64,000 nt of DNA from Kofleriaceae bacterium (GTDB taxonomy: Bacteria; Myxococcota_A; Polyangia; Haliangiales; Haliangiaceae), in the NCBI GenBank assembly GCA_965215005.1, contig CBDCCZ010000043.1, forward strand, positions 1-64,000. Reading direction: 5' to 3'. Of the stretch, positions 31,469-41,033 are shown piece by piece. The notes beneath the pieces were generated by a model. That model made no database searches. It was not told the DNA's origin and saw only the letters and a program-made list of their open reading frames with translations. Each line of letters starts with the position of its first letter. Position 1 is the first letter of the stretch. The position numbers and the translations under genes are program-made.

Positions 31469-32461
31469 TCAAGCCGCCATCGACATGACGAGTCGGCGCG
31501 CCTCGAGCGACCGCCGCGCCTCGACGACTGCCCGGCGCTCGATTGGGGCGCTGCATACCTGCTCGATGAGCTCACTGATGCGTTCCTCGAGCGTCCCGCG
31601 CAGCGGCTGCACCAGCCGTCCATAGCTGTACACGATGGTCTTGAGGTGATTGCGAACGCCGGCGCGCGTGGACTCGGTGATCGGCGCGTCGCCGAGCTTG
31701 CGCGCAACGTCTTCATCACGGCGGAGGCAAATCCGCTGCGAGGGCTCTAGCGCCAGATATGGAGCTGCCTTGCGCCGTCTATCGTCGAGCACGCGGCCGG
31801 CTTTGCAGTAAACGAAAGCCACCCGGCTCCCCACCCACTTGCGACACCGCTCATCAAAGAACGCCTCGCCGCCGACCGCCCGGCCGCCGCCGCCGTCGGT
31901 GCTCCAGCCAACCTTGATGATGCCGCGATACGCGCGATCAAAAAACGATACATCAGCCACCTGCCGCAGCACGTATTCGTGAGTTGAGCGCGGCGCATGC
32001 GCGGCGACCTCAGCGAGCGCTGCCCGATACGCCGCACTCGCATGAAACTGCGATGCGGTAACGATGTGCATCCGCTCGAGACCGGCTGCGGCGCGCGCTT
32101 GCGTGAGAAGTTGCACCGTCTCGAGAGTGCGACTTGCGACCGCGGCCGCGGCCAAGCCGTTGGCGCGCGCGTGCTCATCCGCCACCAGCACCACCGTGCA
32201 AGCGGCGCCAACCGAGCGCCGCACCACTTCGGCGGCGAGCAGCATTCCCAAGACATCCAGAGGCATCGCGCGGCTGAGCTCGGCGCGGGTGCACAGCCCA
32301 ATGCCCAAGAACACCGCGCCAGGACACTCACGCCCCGCTTGCCGAAGCGCGATCAGCGACGGGCGCGAAGCGATCAGCGGTTCTTGCAGGAGTGCTTCGC
32401 GCAGCTGCTTGCGCCACCGCGGCTCTCCAGACGCCACTTCTCTCTTTGCACGGGCCGTCAT
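31469..32461 (-). CDS. Class Ic aminoacyl-tRNA synthetase-like (TyrRS/TrpRS fold) protein lacking HIGH and KMSKS
   Basis: Collinear matches to archaeal-type TyrRS segments: VLVADEHARAN, AGLERMHIVTASQF, YVLRQVADV, AVGG. ATG at 32461 overlaps the sulfotransferase stop (TGATG). Confidence 0.6.
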   Translation of the reverse strand: MTARAKREVASGEPRWRKQLREALLQEPLIASRPSLIALRQAGRECPGAVFLGIGLCTRAELSRAMPLDVLGMLLAAEVVRRSVGAACTVVLVADEHARANGLAAAAVASRTLETVQLLTQARAAAGLERMHIVTASQFHASAAYRAALAEVAAHAPRSTHEYVLRQVADVSFFDRAYRGIIKVGWSTDGGGGRAVGGEAFFDERCRKWVGSRVAFVYCKAGRVLDDRRRKAAPYLALEPSQRICLRRDEDVARKLGDAPITESTRAGVRNHLKTIVYSYGRLVQPLRGTLEERISELIEQVCSAPIERRAVVEARRSLEARRLVMSMAA

Positions 32462-33390
32462 CAATGGAGAAACGCCGGAAGTCGCCATTCGACACCCGGT
32501 CGTGACAGCGGTTGTCGTTGCCAGCGCGCAAACACCTCGCGCTGAGCAGGCGTGAGCATCTCGTCGCCCTCCCGCGTGGTGCCCTTGCGTAGAAAGCGTC
32601 CCTCGGTGATACCGCGCTGCAACACCAGCTCACCCACGTGATCGAACTTATCCTCGTGCTGCTTCATGACGGCGAACGAGCTCTGCTCGACTACGCGTGC
32701 GATCTGGCTAGAGGTTGCACGGATGTTCAGATGATTCGCCATCGCGGCGATCGCGGCTGCCGTGTTGCCGCGCAGGTCCTCGTAGCGGATCAGCAACACG
32801 CGGGCGTTCTCGCGTTGTTGCTCCCAGCCAGCCACGTGCCGGCGCCAAGAGCCATATTGCAGTCGGCCGGCGATGAAGCGCTCAAAGAATTGCTCGAAGC
32901 TGCCGCAATAGCCAAGGTGCGAGCGATACAGGTGGTAATAGGAGACGGCTACATCGCGGCCATCGCGCTGCAAGTATACGAATCGGCCTACGGATGGCAG
33001 CCACCGGTACGGCAAGTGGGTCTTGAAGATGCGCGGCGACGGCAGCTCAGCGAAACGCTCGCCGGTGCCGTAGGCAAAGGAGCGCTCCCACCAAGGCGAT
33101 ACCGCGCTCAGATGACGAAAGTCGCTGAAGCGATTGCCGGCGAGCAAATACAAGATGAATTGCGTCCACGTGGTTCCCGACCGCGGATAGCTGGCGACGA
33201 AGATATCGTCGGGTCGAGGGCGGAACCTGCTCCGTTCGCTCAAGAACCGCGCAACGCGAGCACCATCCGCCAATCGATCGGCGGCTCGGTCGAGGGCATT
33301 GCCCACGTTTCCCAGAACGGTGGAGAGAGTATCGGTCACGGCGCTAGACTGCACTTGCACCGGGTTGCCGCTCACCCGCCCCCCGCTCAC
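32461..33390 (-). CDS. PAPS-dependent sulfotransferase (Sulfotransfer_1)
   Basis: 5'-PSB loop DDIFVASYPRSGTTW, IFKTHLP, 3'-PB RDGRDVAVSYY, YEDL and FLRKG. Confidence 0.92.
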   Translation of the reverse strand: MSGGRVSGNPVQVQSSAVTDTLSTVLGNVGNALDRAADRLADGARVARFLSERSRFRPRPDDIFVASYPRSGTTWTQFILYLLAGNRFSDFRHLSAVSPWWERSFAYGTGERFAELPSPRIFKTHLPYRWLPSVGRFVYLQRDGRDVAVSYYHLYRSHLGYCGSFEQFFERFIAGRLQYGSWRRHVAGWEQQRENARVLLIRYEDLRGNTAAAIAAMANHLNIRATSSQIARVVEQSSFAVMKQHEDKFDHVGELVLQRGITEGRFLRKGTTREGDEMLTPAQREVFARWQRQPLSRPGVEWRLPAFLH

Positions 33391-34853
33391 GGCGTATCGG
33401 TGAAGTAGAAGTAGGTTCCATCTTTATGCGTGACGGCATGCCAGCCTTGTGGCAGCGCGATCGCGCTCCAATAGTACAACCAGCGCGCATCCGCCGGCGG
33501 CACATTGGTGCAGCCATGGCTCTTGGTGTTGCCAAACTTGTTGTGCCAGTAGGCCCCGTGAAGCGCGAAATTTCGGTGATAGAACATGGTCCAAGGCACT
33601 TCCTGGACCTCATAGCGGCCACTCTCGTCGTCCTTGCCGCGCATGGTCTTGGTTAGGTACTTGCGGTTCACTCTATAGAGACCGGTTGGAGTCTCGTAGC
33701 CATCTTTCCCGCTCGATACCAGCGTTGCGTAGACGGGCCTGTCGCCTTCGTAGGCCACGAGCGCTTGCCGCTCGAGGTCGATATGCACCCACTTCTCCTC
33801 GGCCGGAACGCCCTTGGGCCGCGCGATTTTGCGCACTAGCCGCACCGCCTCTTCGGCCACCGCAAAGTCGCCATCGCTGCGCACGTAGCGCTTGCCCTCG
33901 ACCTCCACCACGCCAACCGAGGTGAAGCGCGCCTGCTGCTCGGCAATGCCACACTCGCGCGGCCCGTCCACCTCCATGCACACCAGCGGCGCCTCTTGCG
34001 CGACGAACGCCAACGGCAAGCGATAGCGCTCCCCTAGCTGCTCGCCACGCATCGGCGGTTGATCGAGCACCTTGACGTCTTGCGCACGCACATATCGGCC
34101 GCGAATGGTGCGATAGAAGCGCTGCTCGCCAACCCGCTCCTCTCCGACCAGCGCCAGGAAGTAGTCGCCTTCCAACCACTCTTCCACTACGTCCGGGGTA
34201 CCGCCGTCGCCGTCCATCGCGCGATCGAGCTCGCGCACCTCAGAGGCGCTCGGCAGCCGATCCAGACGCGGCGCTCGCGGCGTCATCACGCGCCCGTAGC
34301 GAAACGGCACCGCGGTGTTTAGCCGCGGTCGCAACACCGACAACTCGCGGCTGCGATCGGGTGAAGCCAGCGCCAGCCCATCAGCGGAACACGCATAGCC
34401 CCCGCCGAGGACCTGGTACCAATTGCCGCGGCAGCCGCGGCCGCTGACCTTGCGGCCATACACCCGCGCGCCCTCCCGGAAGTGGCCGATTTCGAAGCTC
34501 GAGCCGCTCCGCGCATAGATGGGAACCTCAAACTCGGTGACGAGCAGCGTCGTGGGGTAATCAGCGCGATCCTCGTTCCCCGGATGCCAGTCGGTGCCCC
34601 CAGGGCCGAGGGTTGGCACCCAACCGTGCATCGACGGCGCTGCGAGCACCAGCTGCCCATCTCGACCGGGCCTGGGCGTGCCGCTAACAGCCAGTGCGGG
34701 CTCGAGCGCAGCTTCGCTGAGCGAGCTCGAGTCACCGTCCTCTTGCTCGTGTTCGCTTGGATCGGCGCTGTGCGCGCTGCCGCCAGCGGATGCGCAGCCT
34801 AAAGCGACCACGCTGGCTGCAAGGCATGAACATCGAAGCCTTCGCCAATACAT
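33387..34853 (-). CDS. L,D-transpeptidase (YkuD family) lipoprotein
   Basis: Lipobox ALGC; C-terminal VSSGK..TPTG and ALHGAYWHNKFGNTKSHGCTNV. Confidence 0.92.
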   Translation of the reverse strand: MYWRRLRCSCLAASVVALGCASAGGSAHSADPSEHEQEDGDSSSLSEAALEPALAVSGTPRPGRDGQLVLAAPSMHGWVPTLGPGGTDWHPGNEDRADYPTTLLVTEFEVPIYARSGSSFEIGHFREGARVYGRKVSGRGCRGNWYQVLGGGYACSADGLALASPDRSRELSVLRPRLNTAVPFRYGRVMTPRAPRLDRLPSASEVRELDRAMDGDGGTPDVVEEWLEGDYFLALVGEERVGEQRFYRTIRGRYVRAQDVKVLDQPPMRGEQLGERYRLPLAFVAQEAPLVCMEVDGPRECGIAEQQARFTSVGVVEVEGKRYVRSDGDFAVAEEAVRLVRKIARPKGVPAEEKWVHIDLERQALVAYEGDRPVYATLVSSGKDGYETPTGLYRVNRKYLTKTMRGKDDESGRYEVQEVPWTMFYHRNFALHGAYWHNKFGNTKSHGCTNVPPADARWLYYWSAIALPQGWHAVTHKDGTYFYFTDTP

Positions 34854-34944
34854 CCGATCATTGTAATGGATCCTGCCGCCGCACGCGAAAACTCACGACG
34901 ACGCCGCAGCCGTAGCAGCAGCAGCTTGTGGTAAAAACGCGCCG

Positions 34945-35367
34945 ATGCGGCTCCTGGCGCCTCCGATCAACGATATCAGCACCGACTTGAACGACCCGCC
35001 GCCCCTCGCCGGGCGCTCTAGCGACTACCCCGAGCGGCTCAAAGCAACCGTTGCCAAACACTACGCGCACCTCCGACCGCTGAGCGTGTCGCAGTCTGCT
35101 AGCGATGTTCTCGCGGCCGCCGCCGAGTTGGTGCGAAGCAACGGTTGGCGACTGGAGCAGCTCGACGAGAAGAACGGCCTTCTCCACGGCGTAGCGATCA
35201 CCAAGCTCTTCAAATTCAAAGATGACCTCACCGTCCGGGTACGCTCGCAAGGCACCGGCAGCCTCGTCGACATGCGTTCGAGCTCGCGGCTCGGCAAAGG
35301 CGACTTCGGGGCCAATGCCGAGCGCATCGAGAGCTTCTTTGCCGCGCTCCGCGCGCGCCTCGGCTAG
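34945..35367 (+). CDS. DUF1499 domain protein
   Basis: PPINDISTD, LFKFKDD, VDMRSSSRLGKGDFGANAERI. Confidence 0.85.
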   Translation: MRLLAPPINDISTDLNDPPPLAGRSSDYPERLKATVAKHYAHLRPLSVSQSASDVLAAAAELVRSNGWRLEQLDEKNGLLHGVAITKLFKFKDDLTVRVRSQGTGSLVDMRSSSRLGKGDFGANAERIESFFAALRARLG

Positions 35368-35391
35368 CGTGCGCGTGCTATTCGCGCTCGC

Positions 35392-36039
35392 TCAGCGCCC
35401 CGATGGGCAGCTAACGCCGGTGCCGCCAATCCCGCAGTAGCCAGCGGGATTCTTGGCCAAGTACTGCTGGTGATACTCCTCGGCATAATAAAACGTCGGT
35501 GCTAACGCGATTTCCGAGGTGATGTCGCCCAGCCCCGCCTCGTGCAGCCGCGCTTGGTAGCGCTGCCGTGTTTGCTCCGCGACGCCCCGCTCGACGTCAT
35601 TTTCGACGTAAATAGCGGAGCGATACTGGGTGCCGAGGTCGTTGCCCTGGCGCATGCCTTGGGTCGGGTCGTGGCTCTCCCAGAAGACCCGCAAGAGCTC
35701 TTCGAGCGTGACTCGCTGCGGATCATAGATCACTCGCACGACCTCGGTGTGGCCCGTGCGACCGCTACAGACCTCTTCGTAGGTAGGATTGGGCGTGTGG
35801 CCGCCGGCGTAACCAACCGCGGTCACGAGCACGCCATCGGTCTGCCAAAACTTGCGCTCCGCCCCCCAAAAGCATCCGAGTCCAACAACTAACTCGCCAG
35901 TACCGTCGGGAAACGGGGGGATCATTCGGTGCCCGTTCACGAAGTGGGTCTGGGGAACCGGCATGGCGGTGGCGCGACCGGCGAGCGCGTCCGCGGCGGT
36001 AGGAATGGTCAGCTTATGGGAATTGGTAGTGCGAAACAT
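35392..36039 (-). CDS. msrA: Peptide-methionine (S)-S-oxide reductase
   Basis: [33 protein letters not shown] and AEEYHQQYL. Confidence 0.96.
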   Translation of the reverse strand: MFRTTNSHKLTIPTAADALAGRATAMPVPQTHFVNGHRMIPPFPDGTGELVVGLGCFWGAERKFWQTDGVLVTAVGYAGGHTPNPTYEEVCSGRTGHTEVVRVIYDPQRVTLEELLRVFWESHDPTQGMRQGNDLGTQYRSAIYVENDVERGVAEQTRQRYQARLHEAGLGDITSEIALAPTFYYAEEYHQQYLAKNPAGYCGIGGTGVSCPSGR

Positions 36040-36087
36040 GCTTGCCTCGGCGACCAGAATAGCCGCGGCACGGAGCATCGGCTACCG

Positions 36088-36996
36088 TCAGCTCGCGATC
36101 GCAGCAAGCTGCACCGTTGCCCGCGACGTTGCCATCCGCGGCTGCCACAGCGCGCGATGGTCGGCGATGTAATCGAACACCGTGCGCGGCGGATGGTCCA
36201 GGAGGCTGCCCAAGGTCGGATCGACGTCGGCGGCCTGGCCGAAGCGCAACCCGACGTGCAGCACGGTCTGGACGAGGATCTGCATCCACGGCATGCCCCG
36301 CCTGCGGAGATGGCGCGCGTAGCCGAGAATGCTCGCTGCGCGATACCGGATGGGGCGCTCGAGAGCCAGTGACAACGCCGCTGCAACCGCTTCTAGAGAC
36401 ACGGCAACGGGACCGGTGAGTGTGTAGGCTCTGCCGTCGTGCTCCGCCGGCGCGCACAGCGAAGCGGCCGCGACCTCGGCGACGTCGCGAACATCGACCC
36501 AAGCCACCACACCGTCGCCCGCTGGCACATACAGCCGATCGTCTTCGAGCAGATCGAGGCGGTAGGCATCGCCGAGGTTCTGCGCGAAGAACCCGGGACG
36601 CAAGATCGTGGAGCCAACCGATGCGCTGGCGAGGTGTCGCTCGACCGCCGCGTGCGGGATCACCCGACTGCCCTCGGCGCCTGCGACCGACACGAAGGTG
36701 ACGTGGTCAACTCCGAGTTTTATCGCTAAATCAATGAACGGATTGAGCGTCTGTTTGGTGTTCGCCACCGAAGGCGGGCGCAACAGAAACACGCGGCTCA
36801 CGCCCTCGAGCGCCTGGCGCCAGGTCGTGGAGTCGGTCAAATCAAGCGCCGTCGCGTCCACGGCGCCATGCATGGCAGCAACGGAGCCCGCATCACGCGC
36901 CGCTGCACGAACGCGAGCACCTTTGGCGACGAGTGCCCTCACTACATGCTGGCCAACGTTGCCCGTTGCGCCGGTTACCAGGATGGATCGGTTCAT
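36088..36996 (-). CDS. NmrA family NAD(P)-binding protein
   Basis: ILVTGATGNVG, LRPGFFAQN, VDVRDVAEVA and YTLTGP. Confidence 0.9.
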   Translation of the reverse strand: MNRSILVTGATGNVGQHVVRALVAKGARVRAAARDAGSVAAMHGAVDATALDLTDSTTWRQALEGVSRVFLLRPPSVANTKQTLNPFIDLAIKLGVDHVTFVSVAGAEGSRVIPHAAVERHLASASVGSTILRPGFFAQNLGDAYRLDLLEDDRLYVPAGDGVVAWVDVRDVAEVAAASLCAPAEHDGRAYTLTGPVAVSLEAVAAALSLALERPIRYRAASILGYARHLRRRGMPWMQILVQTVLHVGLRFGQAADVDPTLGSLLDHPPRTVFDYIADHRALWQPRMATSRATVQLAAIAS

Positions 36997-37054
36997 CGGA
37001 ATGCCTCCAGGAGAGGGTCAAAACGCCGTTGCCGGCGCAAACTAGCTAGCAAGC

Positions 37055-37657
37055 TCACGACTGGTTTGGCGGGCCGAGCCCGAGCCAAACGCTATCAACT
37101 AGCGCCGCGACGTACTGCTCATCGTCGCCGGCGACCCAACCAGGACCGCCGACATCGCGCAAAAATCCGCGCGATTCGATGGCACCTAGAAACGCCTCAG
37201 CGACCATCGCCGGCGATTCGCAGTGCAGGACGCCAGCGGCGGCGGCACGCGCTAACCAACCGCCGAGCGCGTGTCGCACCAGAACCGGCGGCGGCGGCAT
37301 CCCCGGCGGAAACACCCTACTGAGGGCGATTCCGCTGGCTCGCAGTACCACTAGTCGTGGCGCCAGCTCGGCGAAAAACGCACACGCGTCGACGAGAATG
37401 GCGATGAGCTCACTGCGAACGTCGGCGCCTCGTGACGGACCAGCATCGAGCCGGGTCGCCCACAGCGGTGGGCCACTGGGGCACAGCGCACGGATCAGCA
37501 GCTGCTCTTTGGAGCCGACACGCTTGAGCACCGCCGCTTGCGAAATCCCGAGCCGCTCTGCCACGCGAGCGGTGGTGGCAGAGGGTCCAAACGCGAGGAA
37601 TACCTCCCGCGCGGCGCGGTCGATGTCTTCATCACTGACGAGGCGTGGGCGGGGCAT
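37055..37657 (-). CDS. TetR/AcrR family regulator
   Basis: MPRPRLVSDEDIDRAAREVF...TTARVAERLGISQAAVLKRVGSKE HTH. Confidence 0.88.
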   Translation of the reverse strand: MPRPRLVSDEDIDRAAREVFLAFGPSATTARVAERLGISQAAVLKRVGSKEQLLIRALCPSGPPLWATRLDAGPSRGADVRSELIAILVDACAFFAELAPRLVVLRASGIALSRVFPPGMPPPPVLVRHALGGWLARAAAAGVLHCESPAMVAEAFLGAIESRGFLRDVGGPGWVAGDDEQYVAALVDSVWLGLGPPNQS

Positions 37658-37753
37658 GGTTAGTTACCGATAAAAAACTTACCGCAACGGTGAACCGGCG
37701 CCAAGCGAAAAGTTCGCCTGGCTTCCTTCCCGGGCGGGATCAGTGATCACGTG

Positions 37754-38758
37754 TCAGCGCTGATCCTTGGCTGCAGAGCGGTTGCGCCGGTTCCGTGCCG
37801 TGGTGTCGCCAGGGCGACCGCTGCGAGCGGCGTTCTCCGCGGAATCCGCGGGATAGGCGCGACGGATAGTCTCTGCCAGCGAGCGCAGCGCGGGTGCAAC
37901 GGGTGCACGTTTGCGCCAAATCAGCGCGATGGTCCGTGCTGGGGTGGGATCCGCAAGGGGCCGGATTTTCAGCCGAGCCCGCTGGGTTTCGGTGGCGACG
38001 GCGAGCTTCGGCAGCAACGTTACACCGGTGCCGCCCGCAACCATCTGCGTCAACGTGGAAAGGCTCGTGGCGCGAAACTCGAGCTCACGCGCTTTCGTGC
38101 TCGAACAAAACGACAGCGCCTGCTCGCGAAAGCAGTGGCCATCGTCTAGAAGCAGGACATCGGCATCGCACAGCTCGTCGCGGCCGACTTGGGAAGAAGC
38201 CGCGCCCAGCGGGTCGTCCCAACCCGTTGCCAAGACGAACGGATCCGTCGCAACGACTGCATGCTCGACTTCGCCGATGTCGGCCTCGAGCGCCAGTAGA
38301 GCCGCGTCGAGGCTGCCCTGCGCGAGGCGGTGCACCAGCGTCTCGGTCTTATCCTCGAGCCAAATGGCGGTGAGCTGCGGAAACGCTTCGCGCAGTGCCG
38401 GAGCGATGCTCGGCAGCAGATACGGCGAAATCGTGGGGATTACCCCGAGCCGCAGCGTCCCAGTCAAAGGATCGCTAGCGCCGCGCGCTGCGGCAACGAG
38501 ATCGTCGGCATCTCGCAGCAGCCGCCGTGCCCGTTCAAGGACGTCTTTGCCGGCGGCGGTCGGCAACACGCGGCGTCGGTCGCGCTCGAACAAGTGCAGC
38601 CCCAGCGCGTCTTCGAGCTGCGCAAGCTGCGCGCTCAGCGATGGCTGCGAAACATGACATCGCTCCGCGGCTTTGCGAAAGCTGAGCGCCTCGGCCACGG
38701 CAACGGCGTACTGCAGCTGGCGCAGCGAGAACGGGTGCGGAGCAAAATTCAGAGCCAT
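37754..38758 (-). CDS. oxyR: LysR family peroxide sensor OxyR
   Basis: LysR HTH, LGVIPTISPYLLP, both redox cysteines in LLDDGHCFREQALSFC, then FRATSLSTL. Confidence 0.88.
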   Translation of the reverse strand: MALNFAPHPFSLRQLQYAVAVAEALSFRKAAERCHVSQPSLSAQLAQLEDALGLHLFERDRRRVLPTAAGKDVLERARRLLRDADDLVAAARGASDPLTGTLRLGVIPTISPYLLPSIAPALREAFPQLTAIWLEDKTETLVHRLAQGSLDAALLALEADIGEVEHAVVATDPFVLATGWDDPLGAASSQVGRDELCDADVLLLDDGHCFREQALSFCSSTKARELEFRATSLSTLTQMVAGGTGVTLLPKLAVATETQRARLKIRPLADPTPARTIALIWRKRAPVAPALRSLAETIRRAYPADSAENAARSGRPGDTTARNRRNRSAAKDQR

Positions 38759-38877
38759 AGCCTATCGATACCTCCCGAATACCTGCCGTGAAACGTCGCG
38801 CTGCGCCGCGACGCAACCCCGCCGGGAACTTCGCGCTCCTCGCGCTTCGGTCGCCCGTCCATGTATAGAGTTGCCTC

Positions 38878-39453
38878 ATGCAGACGATCGAGCACGTCTT
38901 GGGGTTCTGGTTCGGCACCGGCGACTTCCGCAAGGAGCTGTGGTTCGAGCCCTCCGTCGCCACCGATCGTCATATCCGCGACTGCTTCGCCGCCACCCGT
39001 GCCCAGGCGAGAGTCGGCGAGCTCAATTCCTGGACAGCTACCCCACGCGGCCGCCTCGCCCTCATCATCGTGCTCGATCAGCTGTCGAGGAACATCTATC
39101 GAGATCTTCCCGAAGCCTTCGCCGCCGATCCCCAGGCGCAACGCGTTTGCCTAGAAGGCCTCGAGCACGGGCACGACCGCCACCTCGACGTGTTCGAGCG
39201 CGTCTTCTTCTACATGCCCCTCATGCACGCCGAAACCCTCGCGCTGCAAGAACAGGGCATCACCGTCTTCCACGATCTCGCCGCCAACGCCGCTCCTGAG
39301 CACGAAGCCGCCTGCCAAAGCACCCTCCGCCACGCCATCGCCCACCGCGACGTCATCGCCCGCTTCGGCCGCTTCCCGCACCGCAACGCCGTTCTCGGCC
39401 GCCCCTCTACCCCCGAAGAGCTCGGGCACCTCCAACACGGCCGCTTCGGCTAG
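38878..39453 (+). CDS. DUF924 family protein
   Basis: VLGFWFG, LALIIVLDQLSRNIYR, FFYMPLMHAE and RFGRFPHRN. Confidence 0.92.
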   Translation: MQTIEHVLGFWFGTGDFRKELWFEPSVATDRHIRDCFAATRAQARVGELNSWTATPRGRLALIIVLDQLSRNIYRDLPEAFAADPQAQRVCLEGLEHGHDRHLDVFERVFFYMPLMHAETLALQEQGITVFHDLAANAAPEHEAACQSTLRHAIAHRDVIARFGRFPHRNAVLGRPSTPEELGHLQHGRFG

Positions 39454-39595
39454 ACGCACGGCACCGCGGGATTGGCGTGCGGTTGCCCCTGCTCGGCGTC
39501 TCCTGCCCACGACAATGCGACGGTGCTCACGGATCGAGGTTGGTGCGGAACGGTATTCGGGGCGGCTACCCACTTGTACTTCCTCAGCTTTTCAC

Positions 39596-39625
39596 ATGTC
39601 ACTCCTCTGACAGAGAGCTGTCACA
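39596..39625 (+). promoter_or_regulatory. Pho-box-like 11-bp direct repeats
   Basis: TGTCAC (39597), TGACAG (39608) and TGTCAC (39619) at exact 11-nt spacing upstream of the lipoprotein-TBDR locus. Confidence 0.55.
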
Positions 39626-39701
39626 GAGCCTGCCGAGTATGCCCCCGAACACCACCCAGGTGGGCTCGTTGCCTACGCAGCGGAGCCAGGAAGGCGTATT
39701 C

Positions 39702-41033
39702 ATGTTTAGTCTCAAGCATCAAACGATCCTGCTAATCGCTGGCGTTGCCTTGGCGATGGCCGGTTGCGGCGACGACGATGGCGGCACCGACAATCCGGGA
39801 ACGAACCCCGACGCCGGCGGCGGCGGCGACGGCGATCCCACCGGGGCAGATTGCCCAGACCATCCCAGTGTCACGGAGATGAACGGCGTGTGCGTCATCT
39901 CCGGTGGCAGCGGCTCGGAGGTCACGCAAGACCTTACGCTGACTGCCGACAAGGCCTGGTTCTTGAATGGCGCCGTCTTCATCGGAGACGACGCCGGCAA
40001 GACGGTGCTCACCATCGAAGCGGGCACGACCATTCAAGGTGGCGATACGAGCTTCTTGCTGATCCAGCGTGGCTCACAAATTATGGCAGAGGGCACCGCG
40101 GACAAGCCCATCGTCATGACGTCCGCACTGCCGGAAGGCGAGCGTGGCTCATCGGATTGGGGCGGCTTGATCATCAACGGCAAGGCCCCCCTCAACTACG
40201 GCGCCAACAATGAAGCTGAAGGTGAAGCCGGCACTGGAACCTTCGGAGGCACCGACCCCGCCGACAATAGTGGCGTATTAAAGTACGTTCGCGTCGAGTA
40301 CGCAGGCGCTTTGGTGGATGCCCAGAACGAGCTGAATGGCATCGCATTTCAAGGCGTTGGTAGCGGCACCACTGTCGACTACGTGCAGACCTATCTCACC
40401 GCCGACGACGGCATCGAGTTCTTTGGCGGCACGGTCAACGTGAAGCACGTCGTCATTTCTGGCGCAGACGACGACTCGATCGACTGGGTCGGTGGCTGGA
40501 GCGGCAATGCTCAGTTCCTAGTGGTAGAGCAGCTTCCTGACAGTGGTATGGAGGCCGAGCGCGGCATCGAAGCTGATAATCTCGAGGCCGATCCAACGGC
40601 CACTCCGTACTCAGATCCCGTTCTATCGAACGTGACTCTCGTAGCCCGTGCCGGCAACGGCGCGACTGGCGCACAGTTGCGCCGCGGCACCAAGGGCGAG
40701 CTCCACAACTTCATCATCACCGGCTTCGGCGGTCCCTGCATCACCGTTGACGGCGACGAAACTGCGGCCAATGTTGCCGACAACTCGCTCGTCATTGCCA
40801 ATCACGTCCACAACTGCACTGGCGCGCTCGATGGAGCCGCAGTGGACCTTGCGGCAGGTGCAAACGTGGTCACCGGCGACCCGATGCTTGATGATAACTG
40901 GATGCCGATGACTGGCTCGCCTGCTCTGGGTATCGGTGCGGCACCCGCCGGCGCATTCTTCGAAGCGGTTGACTACGCCGGCGCCTTCAGCGCAACCGAA
41001 AACTGGGCCCAGGGCTGGACGGCCGCGAACTAA
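39702..41033 (+). CDS. Acidic lipoprotein, probable beta-helix, of the type encoded beside TonB-dependent receptors
   Basis: Lipobox MAGC then GDDD; GTADKPIVMTS, WGGLII, DNSGVLKYVRVEYAG, DDGIEFFGG and DDSIDW. Confidence 0.8.
   Translation: MFSLKHQTILLIAGVALAMAGCGDDDGGTDNPGTNPDAGGGGDGDPTGADCPDHPSVTEMNGVCVISGGSGSEVTQDLTLTADKAWFLNGAVFIGDDAGKTVLTIEAGTTIQGGDTSFLLIQRGSQIMAEGTADKPIVMTSALPEGERGSSDWGGLIINGKAPLNYGANNEAEGEAGTGTFGGTDPADNSGVLKYVRVEYAGALVDAQNELNGIAFQGVGSGTTVDYVQTYLTADDGIEFFGGTVNVKHVVISGADDDSIDWVGGWSGNAQFLVVEQLPDSGMEAERGIEADNLEADPTATPYSDPVLSNVTLVARAGNGATGAQLRRGTKGELHNFIITGFGGPCITVDGDETAANVADNSLVIANHVHNCTGALDGAAVDLAAGANVVTGDPMLDDNWMPMTGSPALGIGAAPAGAFFEAVDYAGAFSATENWAQGWTAAN

Noticed and set aside
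39477..39701. 75-aa N-terminal extension of the lipoprotein
   Set aside because: The signal peptide starts at ATG 39702 after AGGAAGG, and the upstream region holds regulatory repeats.
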